Sequence record: SRR22947727_488
Length of the DNA stretch: 30,439 bases
Direction: 5' to 3' (one strand)
Each line of letters begins with the position of its first letter. Position 1 is the stretch's first letter. The position numbers and the translations under genes are program-made. The notes beneath the pieces are model-generated. The model was not told the origin of the DNA. It made no database searches and saw only the letters and a program-made list of their open reading frames with translations. Below, piece by piece: positions 28,421-30,439 of this stretch.

Positions 28421-29878
28421 ATGGAGATTCGAGAAGGATTAACCTTTGATGACGTTCTTTTGCAACCGCGAGCATCGGAAATACTTCCAGCTGATGCGGT
28501 TTTAAAAACCAGATTGACTAAGTCTATAAGTATCAATGTGCCATTGATTTCCGCGGCTATGGATACTGTTACCGAGGCAAGCTTAGCAATTGCAATGGCG
28601 CAGACAGGCGGTATTGGTGTTATACATCGTAATTTATCAATTGCGGAACAAGCGGAAGAAGTTCGTAAAGTTAAACGATACGAAAGTGGCATGGTTGTAA
28701 ACCCTGTAACTATTTCACCTAATGCAACTCGTCGTCAATTAGGCGAAATTGGACAAAGATTAAATATATCTGGTATTCCTGTAGTGGAAGATGATGGAAA
28801 GCTGGTTGGTATAGTTACCAATCGAGATGTTAGATTTGCTGACGATCCTGATGAGTTAGTATCAAACTTAATGACAACAAATATAGTTACAGTAGAAGAA
28901 GGAGTGTCTGAGTCAGAAGCACGTACATTATTGCATAAGCATAGAATAGAACGTCTACTTGTTGTAGATGATAAATATAGATGCGTTGGATTAATTACTG
29001 TCAAAGATATGGATAAAGCACTTAGCCATCCTAATGCGTGCAAAGATAATAGAGGTCGTTTGAGAGTTGCTGCAGCATCTACTGTTGGTCAATCCGGTTA
29101 CGAAAGAGCAGTTGCCTTGATAGATGCTGGAGTTGATGCAGTCGTAATTGATACAGCACATGGGCACTCAAATAAAGTGATTGAAATAGTAAAGCGTTTA
29201 AAAACTGATTATCCGAAATCTCAAATCATAGCAGGTAACATTGCTACTGCTGAAGCAGCAGATGCTCTTATAAAAGCTGGTGCTGATGCTATAAAGGTGG
29301 GAATAGGACCTGGTTCCATATGCACAACAAGAATCGTCGCAGGAGTTGGAGTGCCTCAACTTACAGCTATAGGAGATGTTTGTAAAATTGCTCTTAAAGC
29401 AAGAATACCAGTTATAGCAGATGGAGGAATCAAATACTCTGGTGATATGGCTAAGGCTCTCGCAGCAGGTGCTGAATGTGTTATGGTTGGCTCTCTCTTA
29501 GCCGGTGCAGAAGAAACACCGGGAGAAGTATTTCTTTATCAGGGGCGTTCTTACAAGTCCTACAGAGGTATGGGTTCGGTATCTGCTATGGCCAGGGGAT
29601 CAGCTGATAGGTATTTTCAAAAAGAAGTGAGTGATAAGATGAAGCTAGTTCCAGAAGGTATTGAAGGCAGAATTGCTTTTAAGGGCCCTGTTGGCCCTAT
29701 ACTGCATCAGTTACTAGGTGGCATAAGGGCTGCTATGGGTTATACTGGTTCTAAAACAATAGAGGAACTTCATAAAAATGCTAAGTTTATAAAAATAACT
29801 AATGCAGGACTTCGTGAAAGCCATGTACATGACGTTCATATAGCAAGAGAAGCACCTAACTATTCGATGCCTGGGTAA
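28421..29878 (+). CDS. guaB: Inosine-5'-monophosphate dehydrogenase (with CBS pair)
   Basis: [57 protein letters not shown]. Confidence 0.99.
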   Translation: MEIREGLTFDDVLLQPRASEILPADAVLKTRLTKSISINVPLISAAMDTVTEASLAIAMAQTGGIGVIHRNLSIAEQAEEVRKVKRYESGMVVNPVTISPNATRRQLGEIGQRLNISGIPVVEDDGKLVGIVTNRDVRFADDPDELVSNLMTTNIVTVEEGVSESEARTLLHKHRIERLLVVDDKYRCVGLITVKDMDKALSHPNACKDNRGRLRVAAASTVGQSGYERAVALIDAGVDAVVIDTAHGHSNKVIEIVKRLKTDYPKSQIIAGNIATAEAADALIKAGADAIKVGIGPGSICTTRIVAGVGVPQLTAIGDVCKIALKARIPVIADGGIKYSGDMAKALAAGAECVMVGSLLAGAEETPGEVFLYQGRSYKSYRGMGSVSAMARGSADRYFQKEVSDKMKLVPEGIEGRIAFKGPVGPILHQLLGGIRAAMGYTGSKTIEELHKNAKFIKITNAGLRESHVHDVHIAREAPNYSMPG

Positions 29879-29980
29879 TTATTAGATATTTCGTGTTGAT
29901 ACTGATGAATTCTTTAATGAAATTGATAATCAACTAAACAATATTTCGAAGTTTAAAGTATAAAAATTAAGAGAAAATAC

Positions 29981-30439
29981 ATGCTACTAGGTGGACGTAT
30001 TAAAGCTGCTATTGAGGTTCTAGATGATATTCTTAATCGCAAAACTCCTGCAACATTAGCTTTGCGTGATTGGGGTAAGTCCAATCGTTATGCAGGGTCA
30101 AAAGACAGGTCGGCAATCGGTAATTACGTTTATGATGCGTTACGTTGTAAAAGCTCAATAGAATTTAGGATGGATAACGGAGAACCACGTGCGTTAATCC
30201 TTGGTTCAGTTGTATTTATTGGCAAACGAACGGCTGAGGAGTTGATGGAAGCGTTTAAAAATGAAAAATATGCCCCAGCACAGTTAAGTAAAAATGAAAT
30301 TTTAAAACTTTGTGGATCTATAGACCTTAATGATGCACCTGATTGGGTTAAAGCTGATATTCCAGAATGGATATGGCCAGCGTTTGAAAATAATTTCTCT
30401 GATAATTCCATAGAGGAAGGACACTTTTTGACTAAGCGT
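29981..30439 (+). CDS. 5' part of an RsmB/NOP-family RNA methyltransferase (truncated by the window end; absent from the ORF track)
   Basis: Open from ATG 29981 to the window end: MLLGGRIKAAIEVLDDI...LALRDWGKSNRYAGSKDRSAIGNYVYDALR...ADIPEW; this gene typically follows guaB in Alphaproteobacteria. Confidence 0.88.
   Translation, partial: MLLGGRIKAAIEVLDDILNRKTPATLALRDWGKSNRYAGSKDRSAIGNYVYDALRCKSSIEFRMDNGEPRALILGSVVFIGKRTAEELMEAFKNEKYAPAQLSKNEILKLCGSIDLNDAPDWVKADIPEWIWPAFENNFSDNSIEEGHFLTKR

Noticed and set aside
29886-29963. Protein-like open stretch between guaB and the rsmB-like gene (FRVDTDEFFNEIDNQLNNISKFKV)
   Set aside because: No canonical start or RBS, preceded directly by a stop; cannot be distinguished from chance or a gene relic without homology search
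3643-30411. Short ORFs in the track lying antisense to or in another frame of identified genes (e.g. 3643-3912, 5513-5758, 7462-7773, 9139-9348, 10780-10989, 11700-11990, 16211-18113 set, 18286-18754, 20779-21123, 21892-22080, 23205-24407 set, 26367-27254, 28351-29043, 30130-30411)
   Set aside because: They overlap well-supported conserved genes, show no recognisable motifs and look like shadow ORFs from codon bias
1-30439. Mobile elements, CRISPR arrays, defence systems, tRNA or rRNA genes
   Set aside because: No integrase, transposase or Cas-like ORFs, no regularly spaced repeats, and all intergenic gaps are under about 200 bp without RNA-gene signatures

Overview
AT-rich, tightly packed chromosomal window from an alphaproteobacterium. 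The gene order, an Alphaproteobacteria-type LexA box and GcrA/CcrM-type motifs point to a streamlined, probably marine, Caulobacterales/Hyphomonadaceae-like lineage (inference). Most of it is core housekeeping synteny: (secG)-pyrG, erpA, dgt, ftsN-like SPOR, nagZ, scpAB, tatABC, yajC-secDF, squalene/phytoene synthase-like, trmFO, uvrA/ssb, gyrA, THUMP methyltransferase, sulP, ppx/gppA, rlmE, guaB and a partial rsmB-like gene. Two small accessory operons on the minus strand are the most interesting parts. (1) A nickel superoxide dismutase operon (sodN-sodX) led by an unannotated 62-aa gene whose product has a signal peptide, a predicted mature N-terminus His-His-Glu and a C-terminal membrane anchor; it is a candidate miniature nickel-capture protein. 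(2) An ArsR-family regulator translationally coupled to an alkane 1-monooxygenase (alkB), with a palindromic operator over the regulator start codon and no rubredoxin nearby. I found no tRNA, rRNA, CRISPR array, integrase or transposase. All calls come from reading motifs and gene order by eye; no database searches were run.
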